Positions 53,200-64,000 of a DNA stretch of 64,000 nt are shown here, in pieces. Under the pieces are notes generated by a model, which was not told where the DNA came from, did no database searches, and was given only the letters and a program-made list of their open reading frames with translations. The stretch is from Octopus sinensis (lineage: Eukaryota). A program made the position numbers and the translations under genes. Within the stretch, counting starts at the first letter, position 1, and each line of letters starts with the position of its first letter. The DNA lies in NCBI RefSeq assembly GCF_006345805.1, contig NC_043002.1, positions 79,670,001-79,734,000 on the forward strand, written 5' to 3'.

Positions 53200-54480
53200 G
53201 TTTAGTCCGCGGATATTCTTGTGAATTCACGTGGATAAAACAATGAATGAAGGGACGTTACCCTTGGGTGGTATCGTCAGAATGTTTGTACCCTTTGGAT
53301 TTGTATTCGAGGCAAATTTTTGTGCAGTGGATTTGTTTGCAATATTTTGTTTATGATTTGGATGTGATGTTTTTGTACTTGTGTGCTGAGGTATTTCGTC
53401 ATTGGGGCATATTTCTTCTGTGTGTAGAGTGTGTGTGCTATGTGTGTTCAGATTTCAGTTCAGGAAAGTAGCTACCCTGATGGGATTATCGTCGCAGATG
53501 GTGGCTCGTGTTCGAAGTATTTGAGTGTAAAATATTGCTTGTGTATGTAGGGAGAGACGGTTTCATCCCTAATGTTTAAGATGTTATCTGTTGCTTGTAT
53601 AATGTTTAATTTTTCAGTAATACAGGGTTCACATTTGGTACCCCGTCCACTATCTTTTTTGGCTTTGGCAATAATTTTCCATTCTAGGAGTTGCTTATTC
53701 TACCTTCTTTCATTGTCCATATCATGTTTGTCAGGTATGTTGCATGTTTTTTTTTTAAATTTTTGTCTCTGAATAACGCCAGCTGTTATGTATACCTTTT
53801 CTTGAACAAGTTGCCTGTCATTCCGATATACGTCTTTGCTCCTCCGTTGGTGTTCGTGATCGTGGCCTTGTATACGAGTTCTTTCCCGAGACAATTGTTG
53901 CTTAGAAGACAGCAGTTTGGGGATCTACAGTTGCATTATCTTTGGGGTGGTGGTGTTTCTGATGTGTTTACGGTATTGTGATTAAGTATTATTGACCCTA
54001 TACTGGGGAGGCAACTATAACTAAGTTTAACAGCTTTCCAGTTGGAGATCTTGTGGAATTTGTGTGAATGTGGAAAGTGGTTATCTACTAGTTTTTAAGA
54101 ATTTCCTAACTATGGTAGTGGCTACATTCATCCTATAAGATGGGTTAAACCATAAGATTTTCCCCTGTCTGAGTCTTCTTGGTCTGTTTATATTTGCTAA
54201 TCTTAAAATTATATATTTGCTATTCTTAAAGTTGGATCTTTCTAATGCAACTCTATAATATGCGGCTTTTTCAAAAGTGTCGTTGTCGGCGGATAAATTG
54301 GAGACGCACCTGCTAATGTTGTTAAGCATTTGTTTTAATACTGCTGGTGTGTGGTTGAAACCTATGTCTATGGACGAAGCTTACTCGTTTGGTCTGTGGT
54401 AGGGTTTAAATTTTTCTGTGTTAAGATTCATGTTAATCTCTAGGAAGTTGACTTCTTTAAGGCTGGTATTAATTGGCTTA
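53200..54480 (-). mobile_element. PLE 3' half: RT C-terminus plus GIY-YIG, decayed
   Basis: KEVNFLEI, ILWFNPSY..NVAT, HFPHSHKFHKI..KLSYSCLP, ELVYKATITN...KTYIGMTG, CEPCITEK. Confidence 0.9.
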
Positions 54481-54577
54481 ATATTCTGCAAAATCTTTTC
54501 TTCTATTCATATCATGTCCGTTTATAATGTATACTACTCTCAGGCCATCGTCCACACACACACACACACAAATCTTT

Positions 54578-54790
54578 AGGTCGTGAGCTGGAAGAATCTC
54601 TACGGTATCGGGAAAAAGGCTTAGCAGCATTTCTTCCGAGTTTACTTTCTGAGTTCGAATGCCGTTGGGGTCGACTTTGACTTTCATCAATTCGGGGTCG
54701 ATAAAATAAGTACCAGTTGCGTACTGTGGTCGATGTAATTGACTTACCTCCGAAATTGTTGACCTTATGCCAAAATTTGAAATCAATATT
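54578..54790 (+). mobile_element. SINE family 1 monomer
   Basis: 'gtgagctggaagaatc...gagttcgaatgccg...aagtaccagtt'. Confidence 0.8.
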
Positions 54791-55093
54791 TCCAAGTCAT
54801 ATTTCAAGATAACTATCTTGTTGGCTACGACTAGAGCGAGGGACTAAAGCATTATTTCACATGAAACTAAAATCAGGCGCGCACACACACGCACACAAAC
54901 ACACACACCACCATTGGCTTCTACACAGTTTCCGTTTATGAACTGTAATTTAAGGCACTGGACGGCCCAGAGTTCTTTACTCCAGGTGCCGTGCATTGTG
55001 GTCGAACACGAAACCTGACTGATTTGAAAGCAAACTACCTAACCACGACGCCATGCACTGTCTTCCAAATATGCTCCTAACGACCGCAGTCAT

Positions 55094-55470
55094 ACTCTTT
55101 TACTTGTTTTAGTCATTTGGCTGCGGCCATGCTGGGGCACTGCCTTTAGTCGAGCTAATCGACCCCGGGTCTTATTCTTTGTAAGCCTAGTACTTATTCT
55201 ATCGGTCTCTTTTACCGAACCGCTAGGTTACGGGGACGTAAACAAACCAGCATCGGTTATCAAGCGATGTTGTGGGGACAAACAGACAAAAACATACACA
55301 TACATATACACATATAAACGACGGGCTTCTTTCAGTTTCCGTATACCAAATCCACTCATAAGGCTTTGGTCGGCCCGAGGCTATAGTAGAAGACATTTGC
55401 CCAAGGTGCCATGCAGTGGGACTGAACCCGGAACCATGTGGTTGGTAAGCAAGCTACTTACTACACAGCC
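55094..55470 (-). mobile_element. SINE family 2, full length
   Basis: Collinear antisense match to 6401-6812. Confidence 0.9.
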
Positions 55471-55985
55471 TGGAGTTGCCGCGTATTATGACTGAAACGG
55501 AAACCTGTATGTTTGTGAAGCTAGTCACCTAACCGCATAAGGCTTGCCTTGTATTTAACAGTGTGCATACAATCGAGTGTGGTGTGAAAACAACGAGGTA
55601 GCAAAAGGTAAAATAGCAATAAAGAAGGAAAACAAATGCTTCAAAAGCGACGGGAGTGAATGCAAGAACGGTGTGATATCGCAGTGGCAATAGGAAAGAA
55701 AGAAACAACGATAGAACAGCGACTATTATAAGCAACAACAGCAATAACAAAGATGATGAAACGACAAGAACAACAGCAACAAATAAGTAGCCCACTATAA
55801 AACAACAACCACATTTGCAAAAAGCAGTGAAATCCTATTACAAGTAAAAGACCAAACCAAAATAAGAAACAAAAAAAAAGCAGAAGAAACAAATGAAAAA
55901 AGAAAATAAATAAACGAACACTTACATCAAACGGTATATTTGCCCACTTGAGTTATTTCCCTTGGGTTTATTTTATTTATTGCAG

Positions 55986-56043
55986 TTTTAGTGTTATTAT
56001 TATCATTATCAAACGGAACGGACGAGGAAATGTGTAATGGGTG
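55986..56043 (+). CDS. Secreted peptide precursor, coding exon 2 (ILVLLLSLSNGTDEEMCNG, phase 1 in, phase 2 out)
   Basis: Acceptor TTTTATTTATTGCAG; donor TG|GTGAGA; completes the signal peptide. A competing donor AAG|GTAAGA lies at 56057. Confidence 0.6.
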
Positions 56044-56486
56044 GTGAGATGAGCAAGGTAAGAATTTAAGGCGAGTCTTTAAACAGAAGGTGATTGACAT
56101 GGAATTAGATGTCTTAAGATGTAAATATTTACAACTGCTGGGGTCAATCAAATCGAGAACACACACGCAGCTCTCTCATGTGTATGTGTGTGTATACACA
56201 CATATATGCATATATATGTATATACTTTATATATACATATATATAGATATATGTGTGTATATTATATATATATGTATGTATATGCATATTTGTCTGTGTG
56301 TATAGCATAGTCTTTTATTTGTTTGTAGGTGAGAGCATAAACTCTGATCACCCAATTTCTCTCCTCCTTTCTCTTCTTCTGCGTTTGTGTCATTCGGCTA
56401 TTTCAACCTGTCAAACATATCTTTATTCACTTTCTTGCTTTTTCCCCTCTTTAGCTCCCTGTCTGTCTATCTTTCTCTCCCATTCG

Positions 56487-56521
<35 letters not shown>

Positions 56522-56559
56522 TCTCTGCATTTCTCTAACACATATGCTCCTCTTCTCAG

Positions 56560-56755
56560 TTCAACACGAGTAGTCAGCGAGATTAGCCAGACACAAAAGT
56601 GTTGCTGTTTTGTCGAACCAATAACAAGCCGTACTGTCAATCAAACCTTCGAGGGATCGAAAACAAACATTAGTGATATGTCCTTAAATGATAAAGAAGT
56701 GCAGTATTCTAGTGACAAGTTTGCTAATTTAGCAGCAGGAAAGAGTCTGTATTGA
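56560..56755 (+). CDS. Secreted peptide precursor, coding exon 3 (C-STRVVSEISQTQKCCCFVEP...AAGKSLY*)
   Basis: Branch point CTCTAAC (56533-56539) and CTCCTCTTCTCAG acceptor; 64 open codons in the required phase. Confidence 0.6.
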
Positions 56756-58530
56756 TTAAACAAGTGTTTTCTCACGGTAAAGAAAAAGGACACACACCCG
56801 GGTCTGCAGACAGGCGTTCGGCTCCGACAAATCCATCACACCAAGATCACTTAAACATCAACATGAAACACAGAAATAGTGTCACTCTGCGGTTACTTGA
56901 AAAGTCTGTTAAAAATGTTAGGGAGAAATATCTAAAAGCACCAAAAGACTTTCCCTTCCTTTAATATTATTGCTTTTTTTGCAGTTTAGTCTCAGGTCAG
57001 CTCTGATAGACTTGAGCTTAACCAAAGTCATTCGTAATATGACCATCCTGTTTTAGAGGTATCTAGGACTAACGTATCTTACGTTCCTGTTTTACGATAG
57101 CTGAGTGTGGATTGAGAATTATTTGACTGCTATCTCTCACGGTTCGACTGACCTCGCAAAGCTCCTTTCATTTGTTCATGCTCATCATTTCGATACGTGT
57201 ATTCTCAAATGTCCTAACTTGTGACACGATAGGACTGCCTCGATAATAGCTGACTTAATCCACCTTCTGGTTTAATATCGCCATTCGTCTTTTCTGTGCT
57301 TTTAGCGAAGTTTGGTTTCCTGTAAGTTTTCTGGTCATGTTGTCGGGTCTCTGGATAACTGCTTCACATTTCCTAGTAACGTAGGAAAAAATTCCACCGT
57401 CCGGAGCCAAAACCATTTTATAAACCTCACCTTAATTAACAGGCATGACTGGCCGGAGAAAATGCTAATCTCCTTTATATTTGCAACCGGAAGTGACTGC
57501 TTCCCCAATGTTCTCTTGCTATGCCTCTGCCTTTCGTGATATCAGTCTTTGAAAGAGCTACACTGCTCTCCTTCCTTTTATAACGAAGCCATTTAAAAAT
57601 ACTTTAGAAACTATATCTACTGGAGGATGCATGTTCTGCAAGTAATGAGGTCGTTGTGAAATAAATTGTACAAGTGACAGCTATCACTTGTATCCAATAC
57701 ATATGGCTTCAAGTCGGAATTTCAGTCGAGCACCACTAGTAAATTAGGTAGAGATGATTGGAGGGACCTTGTCTATGGTTGAACTAGTTTGTTACGGGAT
57801 CAGTTTTGAAAGTATTCAACGAACTTAAAAGTAATATACAGTTCATTCTCACTAATGATCTTCTTGAACTTGTCTTTTAAAGGCAACAATACATTTAATA
57901 ACAGGTTTCAGTTAAGGTGTAGACAGATTTCCTTGTCTAGTGACAACACGCGTTTATTTAACATATACGAATGACTATATTTACTGTATAAGACTATTAT
58001 ATATTCATCTGTATTATACAACTTTATATTTGATACTATTCTTGAAAATTTGTATTTTATTTAACTGGAAATTATATTTTCAACGATTTATTTATGCACT
58101 AAAAAATTACACAAATTAAGTGAAATCTACAGTGAAGAATAGAAAAACAAACATGATGGACCCAAAGAAGTTCATAAGAGAGAGCGAGAGAGAGAGAGGG
58201 TGGGAGAGAGAGTAGAGAGAGGAGGAGAGGGAAGCAGAGAGGGATGCAGATAAAAAGAATTGTTAATAACTGGTCTTTTCTATCCATTGTTTTTTTGCGT
58301 TTAGTATTGTTATGTGAAGTAATGACGCCTTGTAAATGCATGGTCAGCCGCAGATAACGTGTCATACTTGAATGCCCAGTATAAAACTTCTATGTTTACA
58401 TTGTCAAGCATGAGTGTGTGATTTTGTGTTGGAGATGAGGCTTTTGATTCAAGGGGTTTTAACTTATTTAGTTCTTAGGTATAAAAAAATGTAACGTTCA
58501 ACCTCATGAGTTATTTTCTGATGACGTATT

Positions 58531-59132
58531 CTTCTCATTATGGCGTAATTCCAGCCCGGACCGCAGCAACAAAGTCCACTCTCCAGACTTCTTGGTCTAA
58601 CATCACTGCCTCGAGCTCGTAGATACATTCCAGACCAGTGTTTTCAATCAATTTGTCGATGTAAATGTGGTGAGATTTTCCTCTTCTTACATCACCCTGA
58701 AGTGGGTTCCACAAGACTACTCTGGATGCTTCCAGTTCAGGGTGGTGCAGGCAGTGACCAGATAGTCGCAGCCGTCTCTGCCTGATCTTCTCGCTAACCT
58801 TCGGCTGGCCTCTATAAAGGCATTCGTTGTTGAATTTGTATGTTATTGAAGACTTCGAGTACTTAGGCGGTTGCGGGTGAGCAGTTCGGAAGCAGACATC
58901 AAGATCAGGAAGGTAGAAACATAGACAGCCAGTAACAGACTAAAGAAGGTTCGGAACATCCAATTGTCCAGGCGAATCAAAATCAAGCTGTTCAATGTAA
59001 GTGTCGAATCAGTGCGATTATATGGCGGCGAAACATGGACACTGACAAAGAACCTATCAAACGGGCTCGAGGGAAGCTACACAAAGTCGCTGTGGATGGC
59101 CCTAAATGTGAAACGGCAGCAACATACGGCAA
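58531..59132 (-). mobile_element. RTE-clade LINE with 5' inversion and 10-bp TSD
   Basis: Minus: LYRGQPKVSEKIRQRRLRLSGHC...LW; plus: EDFEYLG...IKIKLF...ESV.LYG.ETWTLTK; TSD ATGACGTATT at 58521-58530 and 59133-59142. Confidence 0.9.
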
Positions 59133-59300
59133 ATGACGTATTATTTCATCCCCTAATTATGACGGATTTCCTTCATGTTGTTTACGTAGATAATCTACTG
59201 ATATATTTTTGTGTCTCTTTGTTTTGCTTTATATCTTGTTCTATAAAATTAATTAAGTATAGGTTGTTTAATGGTATTTGTTAAACGATTTTGCTTTCCC

Positions 59301-59695
59301 TTTACTCTTTTACTTGTTTCAGTCATTTGACTGTGGCCATGCTGGAGCACCGCCTTTAGTCGAGCAAATCGATCCCAGGACTTATTCTTTGTAAGCCTAG
59401 TACTTATTCTATCGCTCTATTTTGCCGAACCGCAAGGTTACGGGGACGTAAACACACCAGCATCGGTTGTCAGGTGATGTTGGGGTGGGGACAAACACAG
59501 ACACACAAACATATACACACACATACATATATATATATACATATATACGACGGGCTTCTTTCAGTTTCCGTCTACCAAATCCACTCACAAGTCTCTGGTC
59601 GGCCCGAGGCTATAGTAGAAGAGACTTGCTCAAGGTGCCACGCAGTGGAAATGAACCCGGAAGCAACCTACGTACCACACAGCCACTCCTGCGCC
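59301..59695 (-). mobile_element. SINE family 2, full length
   Basis: Collinear antisense match to 6401-6812. Confidence 0.9.
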
Positions 59696-60005
59696 TCCTT
59701 TGTAAATCATATTTCCTGAAAAAAAGGATTTAAAATTGCACGTCTGAAAAGGTTTCATACAGATACTTTAGGTCATAGAAAACGATTACAATGGCCGTAC
59801 ATATATATACACACTTGCTGATGTATTTCGAGGAAGAGTGTATATATCCAAAAGGAACTGGTACTTATTTCTATGTTTATAAATGAAAATAGAGAGACAG
59901 TGTTATATGAATTGGTACCATAAATATGTTCAAATGTACATTTGCGATTAGATTTGGTTTAGAAATCTTTCCTCAGCATATATATATATATATAATATAT
60001 ATATA

Positions 60006-60045
<40 letters not shown>

Positions 60046-60049
60046 CGTT

Positions 60050-60611
60050 TATATACTTGTTTTGCAAGATTCTTGATGTGAAATCGTGTGTTGAAACAAT
60101 TGTTGTTGTATTTAGGAATGGTCATGTTCCCAGTTTAGCTAATAAAAACACACGCACTCTATATTTGGTGTTAATTTGCTTCAGCTTTATTTATTTTTTA
60201 CATTAACCTTATTCTTATTTCGGCCAGAGTTCTTTCGTCACACATCTGTGACCTCATCAAATTACACGATCGTGTATAAACAGGATATACAAATATTACA
60301 GGCACTTCCCCAACACACACACACACACACTAACTAAACATAGACACACATAGGGGTATACGCATGTGCAAATAAAGACACATACAATAGGAATATAAAA
60401 TACAAAATGGCTGACCGTTAGTAAGGAGAGACACACAGATAGGAAAGAAGAAAGCAAAGGATCACTGATGAGGTTACAGAAGTGTGACGAAAGAACACTG
60501 GCCGAAATAAGATTAAGATTAATATAAAATATAAAGCTGAAGCAAATTCACACCAAATATATAGTGCGTGTGTTTTTATTGGCTAAACTGGCAACATTGC
60601 CATTCCTAAAT

Positions 60612-60620
<9 letters not shown>
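60050..60620. mobile_element. PLE family C terminal-repeat inverted pair between (TA)n tracts, HHR motifs at 60222-60260 (-) and 60459-60503 (+)
   Basis: Homologous to 27180-27995; cores UUGAUGAGGUCACA...GAAAGAACUCUGG and CUGAUGAGGUUACA...GAAAGAACACUGG. Confidence 0.9.
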
Positions 60621-60695
<75 letters not shown>

Positions 60696-61184
60696 TTCGA
60701 ATATATATTACAGCCGAAAGATATCTTAGATAATGAGGGCGATAACAGAATTACAGTTCTTTTGTCATTTACTAATTAATACAAATTCATGTATACTCAT
60801 GCACACATATATACATATATATATATATATATATACATATATATGTTTTCATATACATACATATATATATATATGCATACACATATGTATATGTATATAT
60901 GAATATGCATAAATATAAAAATTACATCTGCTTATTGTGATCACTGAGCCATCTAGATGATAATAAGGAATCAACCGCTTCTTTAAGAATTAGAAATAAC
61001 AATATCCTGAACTTTTTTTGGACACGCAAATGTGAAAATAATAATAACCATTTGATAACATAATCCGTGGTTACAATAGGCGGCTTCCGTTGTACATGTA
61101 TATGTGTCTGTGTGTATGTACGTATTTATGTATACAGGACAAATATGCATATAATATGTATATATGTATGCATATATATGCATA

Positions 61185-61226
<42 letters not shown>

Positions 61227-61342
61227 CACACGCACGCACACATACACACATATACATATGTATGATGCACAACTATGCAGACACATGCAAAGACATAATC
61301 ATATACTCAAGATCATCCCCCACACGCACTCACACACAAGCG

Positions 61343-61466
<124 letters not shown>

Positions 61467-61689
61467 TACACATAATCATAAACATTTGTACAAAACAACT
61501 GAAGCAACTGAATTAAAGCGATCGTCTGCTAAAAACAAACGTTAAATCTCCATTCTTTTCTTGTATCCTTCCTTACTTCCTTCATCCATCCGAAATCCTT
61601 CCTCACTTCCTTTCTGTGTCCCCCATCTTCTTTCCGGTTTTCTCAATTCATGCGTTCCTCCCCGGCCTTCCTCCACACTCACCAATCCT

Positions 61690-62715
61690 GATACGACGAC
61701 GACGACGACAACGACGACGACGACAACTACGACGACGATGGCGATCTCCACCATATCCGTAACCACCAACAACAAACACCGTTATCATCACAACAGTTAT
61801 CATCACCGCCGTTACCTCCATCCTAGAACAACCATCCCTGTATTCTCCCTGCTACCAAAAGCAAGTTTTACTCGTGTTTCACATCAAACCAAATACTTCG
61901 CCTTTTACGACGGGTTGTGTTGGTGCTGGTGGCGTCCATGTTGTTGATGGTGATCGTTGCTACAGTGAGAGTGGTGATGATGTTAAAGATGACGGTGGTG
62001 ATGCTGGCAGAAATGGTGGCGATGGTGGTGGTGGTGGTCGTCGTCGTCGTGTTATTTGTCGTGGTGGTAGTATTAGTAGTGGTATTGGTTTATGTCGTTG
62101 AGGTTGGTGAGGTTCCTGTAGATGCCATTGTTGGTGGGGACCGTGTTGGTGTTGTCAGAGTTGCTGCCGCTGCTGCTGCTGCTGCTGACAATGATGATGA
62201 TGGGGCTGGTGGTGGTGGTGGGGTGGTGGTGGTGGTGGGAGGGTATGGCCTGTATGGCTTTCTCTTGTTTTGCTTTAACTCTTTCATGGTGATAACGTTG
62301 TCTTTGAATGAATCGGCTTGAAGGAAATTGCGGAAGATTTTCACCATAAATCGCTCGTTTATTACATAGATAAAGAGGCACCTGCTTCAGAAGTCAACAT
62401 CAAAGGAATTCTGAGACATTAACGTAGGCAATCCGTTCATGGAATCGCCTGCTTGCTCTTACTCGCCCTCTTCGCACCACCACCACCACCACCACCACCA
62501 CCACCACCACCACCACACAACCACGACCACCACCTCCACCTCCACCGCCGCCGCCCCCGTCACCACAGCCACCACCACTACCTCACCAACGCTTCCACCA
62601 CCACCATCATCATCATCATCATCATCAATGCCACCAACGCCGCTGCCACCATCACCATTGAGTTCGCCACCGCCGCCGTCACTGCTACCGCCATCGAGCA
62701 TCTTCCCCACCACCA
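61690..62715. repeat. GC-rich trinucleotide mosaic (GAC/CAC/GGT/GAT/GCT) around a ~230-bp unique core
   Basis: Direct inspection. Confidence 0.85.
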
Positions 62716-62885
62716 TGGCCTGCTCGCTAAACTCAGATCGTTTTTGTTTCTTAAGACACACCTTGTGTTCTAGGTGGACAGGTTTGGTGATAGTATATAT
62801 ATATATATGTATGTATATAGATATATATATATATATATATATATATCTATATATATAATATATATATTATATATATATACATACA

Positions 62886-62956
<71 letters not shown>

Positions 62957-62984
62957 AATATAAATATATATATATATGTATATA

Positions 62985-63174
62985 TATATATGTATATACA
63001 TGAGTGTGTATGTAGATGTTATATATAATATATATATGTGCATGTTTATATAAATGTATTATTAAATATATGTATATATGTACAGGTGTGCGATGTGTAT
63101 GCATATACATAGAAGCAGACAGAACCACATATATACATACATATGTATACACACACAGCACTATATATTAATGT

Positions 63175-63261
<87 letters not shown>

Positions 63262-63475
63262 TAAATAAATATATATATATATGTATATATATATATGATA
63301 TACATGAGTGTGTATGTAGATGCATATATATAATATATATATGTGCATGTTTATATAAATGATATAAATATATGTATATAGTACATGTGTGCGCATGTGT
63401 ATGCATATACATAGAAGCAGAGAACCACATATATACATACATATGTATACACACACATGCACGTATATATATATG

Positions 63476-63525
<50 letters not shown>
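62985..63525. repeat. ~300-bp tandem duplication within (TA)n
   Basis: 'catgagtgtgtatgtagatg...catagaagcag..aaccacat' occurs twice, with small indels. Confidence 0.85.
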
Positions 63526-63531
<6 letters not shown>

Positions 63532-64000
63532 ACATACACGCAGAGATTATGATAACCGTAAGTGGTTTACTGGTATGGATGTTTGTTTGGATGAATATGC
63601 ATGCACGTAAATTTTATGTATGAGTTCGTGTTTGAATGTGTACGGTATGAGTATGTATGCGCATGCGCGTGCGTCTATATGCGTGCTTGCATATGCATGT
63701 GTGTGTATGTCTGTCTGTGAGTGTAGATGTCTCTGTGTTTGATGTGCGAATGTTTGTGATGTGCCGCTCTGAATGAATTTCCTATGTATGTTTCCCTATG
63801 CATTTGTATAGATTTTGTTCGTCTACTCCTGTATGTTTCTGAATGTAGGGTCAATAGGATGTCCGAAAAGTTAGCTGACCAGACATTGTCCTCTACGTTC
63901 TGAGTTCCAAATCCGCTTATCCTTTTCTTTAAGTTTCGTCCAACTAGAGCATACACATTTTGCACCAGTAATATGCTTGGGCTGGTTTTACAAATATGGT

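Noticed and set aside
53250-53290. Minus-strand CUGACGA-UACC...GGUA-ACGUC hammerhead candidate
   Set aside because: GAA core missing and stem I unpaired; at best a decayed remnant

Overview
Repeat-saturated animal genomic DNA, most likely an octopus (cephalopod) genome. That assignment is inferred from the tRNA-derived SINE families and microsatellite density, not from a database search. Most of the window is microsatellite plus transposon debris: three tRNA-headed SINE families (one forming head-to-tail concatemers); at least six Penelope-like element (PLE) remnants with RT and/or GIY-YIG fragments and hammerhead-ribozyme (HHR) motifs from several families; a near-intact CR1/L2-group LINE ORF2; two 5'-inverted RTE insertions; a Tx1/L1-type ORF1; an RLE-type LINE 3' end; one Tc1 and two mariner relics; Tc1/mariner and hAT MITEs with TSDs; and Helitron/Helentron non-autonomous elements. 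The main non-repeat signal is a small spliced plus-strand gene, absent from the ORF track as a unit. It has a CRE/Inr-like promoter at ~47.22 kb and coding exons 47612-47636, 55986-56043 and 56560-56755, which join in phase into a 92-aa secreted, cysteine-containing precursor with a clear signal peptide. A second long reading frame overlaps its 3' end.
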